DNA of 64,000 nt from Chloroflexota bacterium. GTDB taxonomy: Bacteria > Chloroflexota > Limnocylindria > P2-11E. The first letter of the stretch is position 1. Each line of letters starts with the position of its first letter. This document shows, piece after piece, positions 29,330 through 38,572 of the stretch. The notes beneath the pieces are model-generated. The model saw only the letters and a list, made by a program, of their open reading frames with translations. It made no database searches and was not told the DNA's origin. The stretch covers positions 7,351-71,350 of the forward strand of contig JACPOT010000011.1 of assembly GCA_016191385.1 (NCBI GenBank). Direction: 5' to 3'. Position numbers and translations under genes: made by a program.

Positions 29330-30465
29330 TCGACACAGGCGTCTGGGGCGACCCGTCGCCGAGCGTGAGCGCGCTCGAGCGCGATCTCGCTCGGGTGCGG
29401 CGCGGACGGTCGGCGCACGCGCGCGAGCAGGTCGCGACGGTCGCGCGCGCCGCCGTCGTCAACATCGTGGTCGTCGCGCGCCGTGAGATCCACGCGCTGC
29501 GGGCCTCGCGCACGATCGAGGAGCTCGCGATGCGGCATCCGTCGCGGGCCATCGTGGTGCTCGGCGACGCGCACCCGGACGAGCGCGCGAGCTCGGCGGT
29601 CTCGCTCTACGGCCGCGTTCCGGAGGTCGACCAGTTCGACCAGGTCCACTTCGAGCAGATCCTCGTCCGCGCGCGCGGCCCCGCCGACCGCCGCCTGCTG
29701 AGCGTCGTCGTGCCACTGCTCGTGCCGGACCTGCCGCTCTTCCTGTGGTGGACGGAGACGCCGCCCATCGGGACACGCCACTTCGAGGACCTCGTCGCGC
29801 TCGCGAGCCGCCTCGTCGTCGACTCCGCCGACTTCGCGCGCCCCGAGCGCACCATCCCCGCGCTCGCGAGCGTGTGCTTCGTCGGCGCGCAGCACTGCGC
29901 GCTGACCGACCTGAACTGGACGCGGCTCACGGCGTGGCGCGAGCTGCTCACGCAGTTCTTCGACGTGCCCGCGTGGCGCGCGCTGCTGCGGAGCGTCGAC
30001 GGGATGCGCGTGAGCTTCGCCGTCGATGCCGACGGTCGCGAGATCCAGCCGTCGCAGGCGCTGCTGCTGATCGGCTGGATCGCGGCGCGCCTGGGGTGGC
30101 GGCCCGCGGAGCGCATGGCGCCGTCCGAGGCGGGCGGCCTGCTCTTCGGGATGATCCGGCCCGATGGCCAGCGCGTGCGCGTGCGCGTGCGCCCGCGCTT
30201 CGACCGTGGCCTCGAGGAAGGCGACGTGTCGGGTGTCCGCATCGAGGCTTTCGCGGGCGGCACGCGCACCGAGTTCCGGATCACGCGGCTCGACGAGCGC
30301 CGCTACGCGTCGGGCACGGTGCGTGTCGACGGGAAGATCGTGTCGGAACGGGTCGTGCCGCTCCCGGCGACGGACGTGGTCGAGCTGCTGGGCGAAGAGC
30401 TGACGATCCTGGCCAGCGATCGCATGTACGAGGAGGCGCTGGCCGTCCTGGTCGCGCTGGCGTGA
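29326..30465 (+). CDS. opcA: Glucose-6-phosphate dehydrogenase assembly protein OpcA
   Basis: Position immediately after zwf (GTGA overlap) and OpcA-like length/sequence (LFLWWTETPP...). Confidence 0.8.
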   Translation: MIDTGVWGDPSPSVSALERDLARVRRGRSAHAREQVATVARAAVVNIVVVARREIHALRASRTIEELAMRHPSRAIVVLGDAHPDERASSAVSLYGRVPEVDQFDQVHFEQILVRARGPADRRLLSVVVPLLVPDLPLFLWWTETPPIGTRHFEDLVALASRLVVDSADFARPERTIPALASVCFVGAQHCALTDLNWTRLTAWRELLTQFFDVPAWRALLRSVDGMRVSFAVDADGREIQPSQALLLIGWIAARLGWRPAERMAPSEAGGLLFGMIRPDGQRVRVRVRPRFDRGLEEGDVSGVRIEAFAGGTRTEFRITRLDERRYASGTVRVDGKIVSERVVPLPATDVVELLGEELTILASDRMYEEALAVLVALA

Positions 30466-31493
30466 CCAACGTCGTCACCGTGTTCGACGAGGGCGTCGAC
30501 GGGACGGACGCGTACATGGTCATGGAGCACGTGCGCGGGCGGACGCTGCGCGAGGTGGTGCAGGAGCGCGGCGCGCTCGAGCCGCGCGAGGCAGCGCGGA
30601 TCGTGACGCAGGTCGCGGGCGCGCTCGATGCGGCCCACGACGCGGGCGTCATCCACTGCGACGTGAAGCCGGCCAACGTGATCGTCGACGAGCGCGGCGG
30701 TGCCAAGCTCGCCGACTTCGGCGTGGCGCGCGCCGCGCGCGGGCCGGCGGAGCACGAGCTCATCGCGACGCCGCGCTACATCGCCCCCGAGCGCATCGAG
30801 GGGAAGCCACCTGTCGCGGCCAGCGACGTCTATGGCCTGGGTCTGATCGCGTACGAGATCCTCAGCGGCCTGCCGCCGTGGGAAGGCCTGACGACCGAGG
30901 AGCTCCTGCGCGAAAGGCTCGAAGCACCGCCGCCCTCGCTGCGGCGCGCGCGGCCCGGCCTCCCCACGGAGATCGACCTGGTCATCGCCAAAGCCCTCGC
31001 GCGCGACCCCGCGCGCCGCTATCAGCGCGCGGGCGAGATGGCGCGCGACCTCGCCGCCGCGGTCCGCGGTGAGGCGACCCAGACGATGGACATCACGCCG
31101 CCGCGGGCGCGACCGCTGCCGCGCGCGCCGCGGACGCCCCGCGTGAGCTCGACCGTTGCCATCCTGGCGGTGGCCATCGTGGTCCTCTCGGTCGTCCTTC
31201 TGTTCATGCGCTTCGGCGATGTCCCCGCGCTGGGCGGTCCGACCCCTACGGCGAGCGCCGCGCTGGTGACGCCGAACGTCGTGGGCAAGAGCGTCAGCGA
31301 GGCGGCGTCCATCCTCTTAGGTGCCGGATTCCGGGATCCGCAAGGCCGCCGGGAGATCCCCTGGGAGCTGGTGCCCGGGGCGACGGGGGCCGCGTGTTCG
31401 GTCGTGCGGCAGGATCCCGCGCCGGCCACGTCGTATCGCCCGGGTGCCGCGGCGAAGCTGTTCCTCGTACCGCCACCCCGCGGGAGCTGCTGA
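30462..31493 (+). CDS. Ser/Thr protein kinase-like protein lacking the N-terminal ATP-binding lobe; TM segment and C-terminal PASTA-like domain
   Basis: Begins in kinase subdomain V (YMVMEHVRGRTL). Catalytic loop HCDVKPANV, DFG, APE present. No GxGxxG or VAIK anywhere upstream in frame. TM AILAVAIVVLSVVLLF. PASTA-like PNVVGKSVSEAASILLGAGF. Confidence 0.65.
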   Translation: MTNVVTVFDEGVDGTDAYMVMEHVRGRTLREVVQERGALEPREAARIVTQVAGALDAAHDAGVIHCDVKPANVIVDERGGAKLADFGVARAARGPAEHELIATPRYIAPERIEGKPPVAASDVYGLGLIAYEILSGLPPWEGLTTEELLRERLEAPPPSLRRARPGLPTEIDLVIAKALARDPARRYQRAGEMARDLAAAVRGEATQTMDITPPRARPLPRAPRTPRVSSTVAILAVAIVVLSVVLLFMRFGDVPALGGPTPTASAALVTPNVVGKSVSEAASILLGAGFRDPQGRREIPWELVPGATGAACSVVRQDPAPATSYRPGAAAKLFLVPPPRGSC

Positions 31494-32176
31494 TGGCGGA
31501 CGTCGCCGCCCTCAGCGACATCGGCCGGCTGCGCGGGACCAACCAGGACCGCTACCTCACCCTCCGCCTCGGGAACGCGATCCTGCTCGCCGTCGCGGAC
31601 GGGATCGGCGGCCAGCCGGGCGGCGACGTCGCGAGCGCCGCGGCGGTCGACGCGCTCGCGGGCGGCTACGACCCGGGCGCCTCCGACGTCGCCGCATCCC
31701 TCTCGTCGGCCCTGCGCGGCGTGAACGACGCCGTGATCCGCGCGACCGCGGAGCGCGGCTACCACACGGCCGGCACGACACTCGTCGCCGCCGTGGTGCG
31801 GGGATCCGACCTGGCCGTCGCCAACCTCGGCGACTCGCGCGCGTACCTCGTGCGCGAAGGGGTCGCGCGCCAGATCACCGCCGACCACTCGGGGCTCTTC
31901 CCCGGCTCGATCACGCGTTTCGTCGGGGACCCGCGCGGCGTGGCGCCCGACGTCTTCGTCGAGCGACTGCGGTCGAATGACCGCCTGGTGCTGTGCTCGG
32001 ACGGGCTCACCCTCAACGTGTCGCCCGAGGAGATCGCCGCGGCGGTCATCGCCTCGCCACCCGAGAGAGCGGCGGCGTCGCTCGTGGCGCTCGCGAATCA
32101 GCGCGGCGGGCAGGACAACATCACGGTCGTGGTGTACGCGCAGCCCGGACGATGGCGGCTATTGCGCCGCTCGTGA
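31493..32176 (+). CDS. PP2C-family Ser/Thr protein phosphatase
   Basis: DIGRLRGTNQDRY...AVADGIGG...GTTL...GDSRAYLV...DGL...GGQDNITVVV are PPM motifs. TGATG-coupled to the kinase gene. Confidence 0.85.
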   Translation: MADVAALSDIGRLRGTNQDRYLTLRLGNAILLAVADGIGGQPGGDVASAAAVDALAGGYDPGASDVAASLSSALRGVNDAVIRATAERGYHTAGTTLVAAVVRGSDLAVANLGDSRAYLVREGVARQITADHSGLFPGSITRFVGDPRGVAPDVFVERLRSNDRLVLCSDGLTLNVSPEEIAAAVIASPPERAAASLVALANQRGGQDNITVVVYAQPGRWRLLRRS

Positions 32177-35100
32177 GCCGGAGCGAGAACGCCGCGTAGG
32201 CGAGGAGCGCGACGCCCGCCCCGATGGCCACGCGGCCCAGGATCGCCGGCACCGGGATGTCGCCGCGGAACGCGCTCTCACACCGGAACGACGGGTAGAA
32301 CTGGCAGTCGTACTGCCACGTGGGCAGCACGAAGAACGCGGCGGCCTGATCCGCGGCGACGGGCTGTCCCGAGACGAACGGGTAGAAGAAGACGAACGCG
32401 GCCGTCGCGAGCGCGAAGAACGCCGTCACCAGGACGCGATGGCCCGTCTCCCAGAGCGCGGCGAGCGCCGCCGCGAGGATGAGCAGGAAGAACGGCAGCG
32501 CGGTGAAGAAGTGATAGAAGAACAGCACCCGCGTGATGGGGACCCACGCGACGTACTGCGTGAGCATCGCGAAGACGAGCAGACCCAGCGATAGCGATCG
32601 CGCGCGGATGGCGGCGGCGAACGCCCACACGAACGCCGCGACGGCCGCCCAGAAGAGCACGATGTTCCCGGCGTCGTAGATGACCGCCGTCTGGCCGTTG
32701 CCCGGTGAGCCGAGGTACCAGTACACCGGCTTGAGAACGAACGGCCAGCTCCACCAGGGCGACCCGGCCGGGTGCGGCGAGGTCAGACCCGAGTGGTACC
32801 AATACATCTGCTGGGTGAGCTCCCAGAGGCTCCACTTCATCGGGATCGTCGGCCCGCCGAACCACTGCGCATACGACCCGACGTAGACGACGAGCGGGAT
32901 GAGGAAGAAGGAGCAGAACAGGACCACCGCGTTCACGCCGCGGCGGGCGAGGAGATCGAGCGGGCCGCCGGTCCCGGGTCGACCCTGCGACCAGGCCCAC
33001 GCGGTCACGGCGACCGACAAGAGGCCCAGGCCGCCGAGGGCATAGGCAGCGACCCACTTGGACGCGAGGGCCAGGCCGAAGAGGAGCCCGGCGATGACGA
33101 GATCGGCGGCCGCCGAGCGTCGCGGCCGGTGCGCGGCGATGACGAAGTACCAGCCGGCGACGAGGAACGCCGCGACGTAGATGTCGTTCATGCCGATGCG
33201 CGCCTGGGCGAACATCGACCCGTCCAGCACCACGGCGGCCCCCGCGAACGCCGCGACGAGAGGTGACGCGAAGAGCCGGCGCGCGATGAGGACGACGAAG
33301 AACGCCAGGACAGCGGCGAAGAGGACCCCCGGGATGCGCCAGGCGAGCGCGTGCCGTCCGGTCGGGACCGTCTCGATGGCGGTAGCACCCGCGACGAGCA
33401 GCTGGTCATGCACGCCGTCGATGCCGATGGCCGTCCCGCCGACCGGGATCGCGGCGTAGGGCGAGTTGCCGTACGTCTCCGTGACCACCAGTCGCCCGTC
33501 GGCGATGGCGTAGAGGAACTGCGTCCGCGGGACGACGGCCAGCGCGGTCACCGGAGCCTGGAAGATCCCCGTCCGAGCGTTCGCGAGGTCGACCTTCCCG
33601 CCGTACGACCCGCTCTGGCGGTCGCCGCTCGGCGGCTCGTACCAGTCGATGGCCGCCTCGCCGGCGCGCGCCGCGTACAGCCGGTCCGGGCCGCGCGCAT
33701 AGGCGAGGGCCGTGGGGCGCGCGCCGCCGGTCAGGCGCGCCGACTCGAGGCCGGTGGCGGCGTTGATCACGTGGATCACGCCGTCCGGATCCGCGACGAA
33801 GACGTCGTCGGAGTCAGGCTTCGCCGTCAGGGCGACCGTGGGGATGGCGAGGCGGATCGCGTGATCGCCCGCGGCGAGCGAGCGGATCTCGACGCCGGTC
33901 GCGGTGCCGACGATGGCGCGCCCGCGCGAATACGCCAGCGAGGTCAGCGATCCTTCGAGGGGCGTCGGGATGCCGTGGAGGTAGAGCGACCGGTCGGTGG
34001 CGGCGATCCAGTCACCGCCGTCGAAGGCGAGAGCGCGCACGGGCCCGTCGAGACGCTCCTCCGGTCCGCAGCACACCCGGACCGTCCCGTCCGCGAAGCC
34101 GTACGCGCGGACGCCGTCGTTCGACACGGCGAAGGCCGTGATCCCCGCCGGCGCGGCCTCGCGCGCTTCGACCCGGTCGCCGCCGAACGCGAGGATCGAG
34201 ACCGCCATGATCTCCTTCGCCAGGTGCGGGTGCGTCCACTCGTACGGCTCGTTCTGCGCGAGCAGCTCCATCGCGGTGCGCGCGTGGTAGACCTCGTCGA
34301 AGTACATGTCGCGCGGCTGATCCAGGCGGAAGCCTCGCGTCGCGATCACCGCGAGGGCGACGGCGAGCGCGAGCGTGACGTCGCGGCGCGTAGGCGCGCG
34401 GCCGAGTCCCAGGCCCGCGGGGAGCTGCCAGGGTCGCGCCGCTACGGGCTCCGCGAGCTCGAGCGAGGGATCGAGGCGCGCCTCGCCGCGGACGAGGCGC
34501 CACGCCAGCAGCGCGGCCGATCCGATCATCCCCATCGCGATGGCGATCTGACCCGTCCGCGAGAAGAGCGTGGCCTCGATCAGCGGGGCCGCGGCGAGAC
34601 CGTTCTGCGGATAGCGCGTGAACGCGAAGTACAGGGTCACGAAGAACCCACCGGCGAGCACGGCATAGGGGATGGAGATGCGCGCGCGGACGATGGCGAA
34701 CGGCGCCAGGAGCGCGAAGACGGGGAAGAGGTAGCGCTCGTGCGCCCGGGTCGGCAGGAAGTAGAAGGCCATCCCCGCGAACGCGCCGGCCGCGAGGAGC
34801 ATCGCCGTGTCGCGCCGCCACCACAGCGGGACGAGCGACGCGACGATGCCGGCGACGAGGGCGATGCCGCCGATCGCGACGTAGGCCGTGTCGGGCTCCC
34901 AGAAGTCGCCGACGATCGACCACACGTTGAACGCGTAGAGCGACGTGTAGGGATAGGTCTCCGACGCGGTCCGCACCAGATCGATGAAGGCGCCGGGCGT
35001 GACGCCGAAGGGCAGCGCGACGATCGCGACGGTCACCAGGCCGCTCGCGGCGGTGACCGCGAGGGTCCCCCAGCGGCGCGTGCGGAAGGCTTCGATCGCC

Positions 35101-35720
35101 GCGGCCACGCCGACGACGATGGCGACGAGGCCGAACTGCGGCTTCACCATCCCCGCGAGCCCTGACAGCGCTCCCGCGACTGCCCAGCGCCGCTGTCCCG
35201 CGGCGACCAGCGCGCCGAGGAAGGGCAGCGTCCCCCACGCGTCGACCTGCCCCCAGAAGGGTCCCGCGAAGATCGCTCCCGGCTGGAGCATCCACAGCGC
35301 TCCAGCCAGCGCGCCTGCGTAGGTGGTCAGGCCCTTCGTGCCTGACCGTCCTGCTACTTCGCCTTCGGCTCCGTAGTAGGCGCCGGCCTGCCCGCGGACG
35401 ACGCGGTAGAGAAGGACGGCGATGGCGATGTCCGCGGGCAGCGACAGCATCTTCACGACGAGGCGCAGCGCTTCGCCATCGAAGAGCGACCCGACGAGCC
35501 AGAGCACGTAGAGGAACGCGGGCGGGTAGTCGCTGAAGTAGCCGGGCTCATAGAAGCGCGCGGGCCCGACGGAGGCCATGCGATCGGCCCAGGCCATGAA
35601 GGTGCCGACGTCGCTGGGGAAGCCGGGCCCCTGGAACACGAGGAGCCGCACCACGCTGCCCGCGGCGATCGCGCCGGCGAGGACAAGGACGGCCTGCCGG
35701 CCCGCGGGGGCTCGGCTCAC
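32121..35720 (-). CDS. Fused GT-C membrane glycosyltransferase: N-terminal DUF2029/GT87-like domain + PMT/GT39-like domain carrying a ~300-aa soluble beta-rich insert
   Basis: 1199 aa, more than 20 predicted TM helices. PMT loop-1 signature DMYFDEVYHARTAMELL...THPHLAKEIMA, with downstream LDGSMFAQARIGMNDIY. The soluble insert has repeated GTVRV/GVIHV/GRLVV strands. GTG start overlaps the stop of the upstream GT-C gene (GTGA). Confidence 0.7.
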   Translation of the reverse strand: MSRAPAGRQAVLVLAGAIAAGSVVRLLVFQGPGFPSDVGTFMAWADRMASVGPARFYEPGYFSDYPPAFLYVLWLVGSLFDGEALRLVVKMLSLPADIAIAVLLYRVVRGQAGAYYGAEGEVAGRSGTKGLTTYAGALAGALWMLQPGAIFAGPFWGQVDAWGTLPFLGALVAAGQRRWAVAGALSGLAGMVKPQFGLVAIVVGVAAAIEAFRTRRWGTLAVTAASGLVTVAIVALPFGVTPGAFIDLVRTASETYPYTSLYAFNVWSIVGDFWEPDTAYVAIGGIALVAGIVASLVPLWWRRDTAMLLAAGAFAGMAFYFLPTRAHERYLFPVFALLAPFAIVRARISIPYAVLAGGFFVTLYFAFTRYPQNGLAAAPLIEATLFSRTGQIAIAMGMIGSAALLAWRLVRGEARLDPSLELAEPVAARPWQLPAGLGLGRAPTRRDVTLALAVALAVIATRGFRLDQPRDMYFDEVYHARTAMELLAQNEPYEWTHPHLAKEIMAVSILAFGGDRVEAREAAPAGITAFAVSNDGVRAYGFADGTVRVCCGPEERLDGPVRALAFDGGDWIAATDRSLYLHGIPTPLEGSLTSLAYSRGRAIVGTATGVEIRSLAAGDHAIRLAIPTVALTAKPDSDDVFVADPDGVIHVINAATGLESARLTGGARPTALAYARGPDRLYAARAGEAAIDWYEPPSGDRQSGSYGGKVDLANARTGIFQAPVTALAVVPRTQFLYAIADGRLVVTETYGNSPYAAIPVGGTAIGIDGVHDQLLVAGATAIETVPTGRHALAWRIPGVLFAAVLAFFVVLIARRLFASPLVAAFAGAAVVLDGSMFAQARIGMNDIYVAAFLVAGWYFVIAAHRPRRSAAADLVIAGLLFGLALASKWVAAYALGGLGLLSVAVTAWAWSQGRPGTGGPLDLLARRGVNAVVLFCSFFLIPLVVYVGSYAQWFGGPTIPMKWSLWELTQQMYWYHSGLTSPHPAGSPWWSWPFVLKPVYWYLGSPGNGQTAVIYDAGNIVLFWAAVAAFVWAFAAAIRARSLSLGLLVFAMLTQYVAWVPITRVLFFYHFFTALPFFLLILAAALAALWETGHRVLVTAFFALATAAFVFFYPFVSGQPVAADQAAAFFVLPTWQYDCQFYPSFRCESAFRGDIPVPAILGRVAIGAGVALLAYAAFSLRLTSGAIAAIVRAARTPRP

Positions 35721-36904
35721 TGCCACCAGCCGAACCGGATGATCGCGATCGCGGCATAGACGTTCACGGCGGCGGCGATGACCGCGGCCACGATGAACAG
35801 GATCGAGGGCCTGCGGCGCCACACGGCGCCGGCCATCGCGTCACCGCCCACTGCGAGGGCGATGAGATACGGCTGGGCATCGATGCTGAAGCGATAGCCG
35901 AACTGCTGGAAGCCGGTCGTGCCGTGGAGCACATCGGGGAGGAGCGCGAGGCCCGCGGCGATCGCGGCAGCCGCGGCGGCGACGTCGCGCCGTACATGCT
36001 GCAGCCCGGCGAAGACCCACAGGAGCGCGGGCGTGGTGACGAAGAGGCTCATGCCCACGAAGCGCGGGCGCAGGAACCACGGCACACCTTCGACGAGGTC
36101 GGGCGGCTCCAGGAAGATCGCGTAGATGTGGCGCGGCAGGTACGAGAGCGAGAACAAGCCGCGCGAGAAGAAGATGTCGTCCTCGGTGAGCTTCGCGTAG
36201 CCGAGGTCGAGGACCGACCCCCAGCGCAGGACGTTGTAGGCGACGTAGATCGCGGCGAACGGCAGGCCGCCGAGCACCACACCGGTGAGCGCACGCGGGT
36301 ACGGCAGCGCTCCACGTCGCGCGGCGAGCAGAGCGAGCGCGGGGAACGCGGCGGCGATGGGCAGCCGCGCGAGGGCGCCGAGACCGAGTGCCGCGCCGAT
36401 GGCCCACGCCGGACCGCCGCGCGCCGCGAGCCAGAACGCCGCGCTCGTGAAGAGCATCGCGACCGAATGCGCCGCGTACCAGGCGCGCCCGTCGGCGCTC
36501 GAGAAGAGCAGCGTCGTGCCGATCGCCGACACCGCCGCGCCCGCGACCGCCACCCAGAGCGGCGCGCCGTAGCGACGCAGGCCCAGATAGACGAAGCCCG
36601 TCGACGCGCCGCCGGCGATCCGCGCGACGATGACCTGCGCCGCCGCCGTCCCGAGAGGCAGGAAGGGGATCGCGAGCACCGCGGGGAGCGGCGGATAGGC
36701 GACGCACCAGCGGCCGCTGCCGCAGGGGATGAGCTCGTTGAGCCACGGCGGCGCCTCGACCAGCCACCAGCGGCCCGACACGAAGGCGCTCGCGAGCCGG
36801 CCGTAGTAGTCGTACGTCGTCTCCGTGCCCCACCCGAAGCCGAGGTAGACGATCGCGCCGGCGAGCGCGAGCGCGGCGGCGATGCGCGCATCGGTGATCC
36901 GCAC
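35717..36904 (-). CDS. GT-C fold membrane glycosyltransferase (polyprenyl-phosphate-sugar dependent, family unresolved)
   Basis: 395 aa, about 11 TM, Trp/aromatic-rich loops typical of GT-C mannosyl/arabinosyl transferases. Directly upstream of, and overlapping, the large GT fusion. Confidence 0.6.
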   Translation of the reverse strand: MRITDARIAAALALAGAIVYLGFGWGTETTYDYYGRLASAFVSGRWWLVEAPPWLNELIPCGSGRWCVAYPPLPAVLAIPFLPLGTAAAQVIVARIAGGASTGFVYLGLRRYGAPLWVAVAGAAVSAIGTTLLFSSADGRAWYAAHSVAMLFTSAAFWLAARGGPAWAIGAALGLGALARLPIAAAFPALALLAARRGALPYPRALTGVVLGGLPFAAIYVAYNVLRWGSVLDLGYAKLTEDDIFFSRGLFSLSYLPRHIYAIFLEPPDLVEGVPWFLRPRFVGMSLFVTTPALLWVFAGLQHVRRDVAAAAAAIAAGLALLPDVLHGTTGFQQFGYRFSIDAQPYLIALAVGGDAMAGAVWRRRPSILFIVAAVIAAAVNVYAAIAIIRFGWWQ

Positions 36905-36945
36905 GGCGGAGAACGCTAGGACACGGCCGTCGCTATCGTCCCGGC

Positions 36946-37575
36946 ATGCCCCGCTTCCAGATCCTGCCCGTCGAGCAGCGCTTCTTCGACCTTTTCGAGC
37001 AGCACTCCTCCACGCTCCTGCGCGCCGCCCAGCAGCTCCTGCGCATGGCCGAGGACTATTCCGACATCGAGGGCAAGGTCGCGCAGCTGACGGAGATCGA
37101 GCATGAGGCGGACTTCGTGACGCACGCGGTCATCGACCTCGCGCGGCGCAGCTTCACGACCCCCTTCGACACCGAGGACATCGCGGGCCTGGCCGGCCGT
37201 CTCGACGATGCCGTCGACGCGATCCAGGAGGCTGCCGAGGAGATGATCCTGTGGCAGATCGAGCAGCCGACGCCGCCGGCGATCGACATCTGCCGGATCA
37301 TCGCCAAGGGCGCGGCCGAGGTCGACGCCGCGGTGCGCGGTCTTCGTGACCGGCGATCGTTCGGGCGCATCCGCGAGCACGTCATCGAGGTCAACCGGTA
37401 CGAGAACGAGGCCGACCGCATCGCGCGCCTGGCGCTCCGCGACCTGCTGGCGCATCGCGACGACTGGTACGAGGTGACGCGCTGGAAGGAGGTGTACGAG
37501 CACCTCGAGGCCTGCACGGACCGGCTCGAGGACGTGGCCGACCTGCTGGAGGGGATCACCGTGAAGCATGGATGA
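36946..37575 (+). CDS. DUF47 / PhoU-like phosphate transport regulator (Pit accessory protein)
   Basis: Helical PhoU_div-like protein immediately upstream of, and overlapping, pitA. Confidence 0.85.
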   Translation: MPRFQILPVEQRFFDLFEQHSSTLLRAAQQLLRMAEDYSDIEGKVAQLTEIEHEADFVTHAVIDLARRSFTTPFDTEDIAGLAGRLDDAVDAIQEAAEEMILWQIEQPTPPAIDICRIIAKGAAEVDAAVRGLRDRRSFGRIREHVIEVNRYENEADRIARLALRDLLAHRDDWYEVTRWKEVYEHLEACTDRLEDVADLLEGITVKHG

Positions 37576-38572
37576 GGTGATCCTCATCCTCGGTCTTGTC
37601 GTCATCGCGGCAGTGATCTTCGACTTCATCAACGGCTTCCACGACACGGCCAATGCCATCGCCACGGTGATCGCGACACGCGTGCTCGCGCCATGGCAGG
37701 CCATCGTCATGGCAGCCGTGCTCAACTTCGGCGGAGCGCTCTCGGGGACCGCGGTCGCGAAGACCATCGGTGCCGGCCTCATCGATCCGAACGCGATCTC
37801 GCAGTCGGCCGTGCTGGCCGCGCTCCTCGGCGCGATCTTCTGGAACCTCTTCACCTGGTACTACGGGATCCCCTCGAGCTCGAGCCACGCGCTGGTCGGC
37901 GGCATCGTGGGCGGCGCCATCGCGCACGCGGGCGTCACGGCCCCGCTCTGGACGACGATCCTGCAGAAGACGATCCTGCCTTTCCTCGTCTCCCCCCTCG
38001 TCGGGTTCGTCCTCGCGTTCGTGCTGATGGTCGTCGTGCTCAACGCGTTCCAACGCGCGACCCGCGCGCACATGGGCGGCATCTTCGGGCGGGCACAGCT
38101 CGCCTCGTCGGCATTCATGGCGTTCAGCCACGGGAGCAATGACGCCCAGAAGACGATGGGCGTCGTCACCATCGCGCTCATCTCGGCGGGCCTCCTGCCC
38201 AAGGACGCGCCCATCCCGGTGTGGGTCATCGCGACGGCCGCGACGGCCATGGCCTTCGGGACCGCGGCCGGCGGCTGGCGGATCATCCGCACCATGGGCA
38301 CGCGCCTCACCCGCCTCCAGCCGGTCCACGGGTTCGTGGCCGAAACGAGCGCGGCGACCGTGATCGAGATCGCGTCGCGCTTCGGCTTCCCGCTATCGAC
38401 CACGCACGTGATCGCCTCGACGATCATGGGCGTCGGCGCGACGCGCGGGACCAGCTACGTCCGCTGGAACGTCGCGGGCAACATGCTGACGGCGTGGGTC
38501 CTCACCATCCCCGCGACAGCGGCCGCGGCCTTCGGCGCGTACCAGGCCCTGAGGCTGATCGGCCTGGAGTGA
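37568..38572 (+). CDS. pitA: Inorganic phosphate transporter, PiT family
   Basis: PHO4 signature GFHDTANAIAT, repeated GSNDAQKTMG. Confidence 0.9.
   Translation: MDEVILILGLVVIAAVIFDFINGFHDTANAIATVIATRVLAPWQAIVMAAVLNFGGALSGTAVAKTIGAGLIDPNAISQSAVLAALLGAIFWNLFTWYYGIPSSSSHALVGGIVGGAIAHAGVTAPLWTTILQKTILPFLVSPLVGFVLAFVLMVVVLNAFQRATRAHMGGIFGRAQLASSAFMAFSHGSNDAQKTMGVVTIALISAGLLPKDAPIPVWVIATAATAMAFGTAAGGWRIIRTMGTRLTRLQPVHGFVAETSAATVIEIASRFGFPLSTTHVIASTIMGVGATRGTSYVRWNVAGNMLTAWVLTIPATAAAAFGAYQALRLIGLE

Noticed and set aside
29745-30461. 5' extension of the kinase ORF (track gives 582 aa from 29745) that would provide a longer kinase.
   Set aside because: The extension lies in another frame of the well-supported opcA gene and contains no kinase N-lobe motifs (no GxGxxG, VAIK). 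The kinase is called from the GTG at 30462.
33351-35295. Two long ORFs (604 aa + strand and 427 aa - strand) inside the large glycosyltransferase gene.
   Set aside because: Hydrophilic Arg/Asp/Gly repeats lacking motifs. The overlapping - strand frame encodes a coherent multi-TM GT-C protein.
35841-36919. Alternative 330-aa (- strand) and 331-aa (+ strand) ORFs overlapping the 395-aa GT-C gene.
   Set aside because: Low-complexity. The chosen frame alone gives hydrophobic TM periodicity and aromatic-rich loops.
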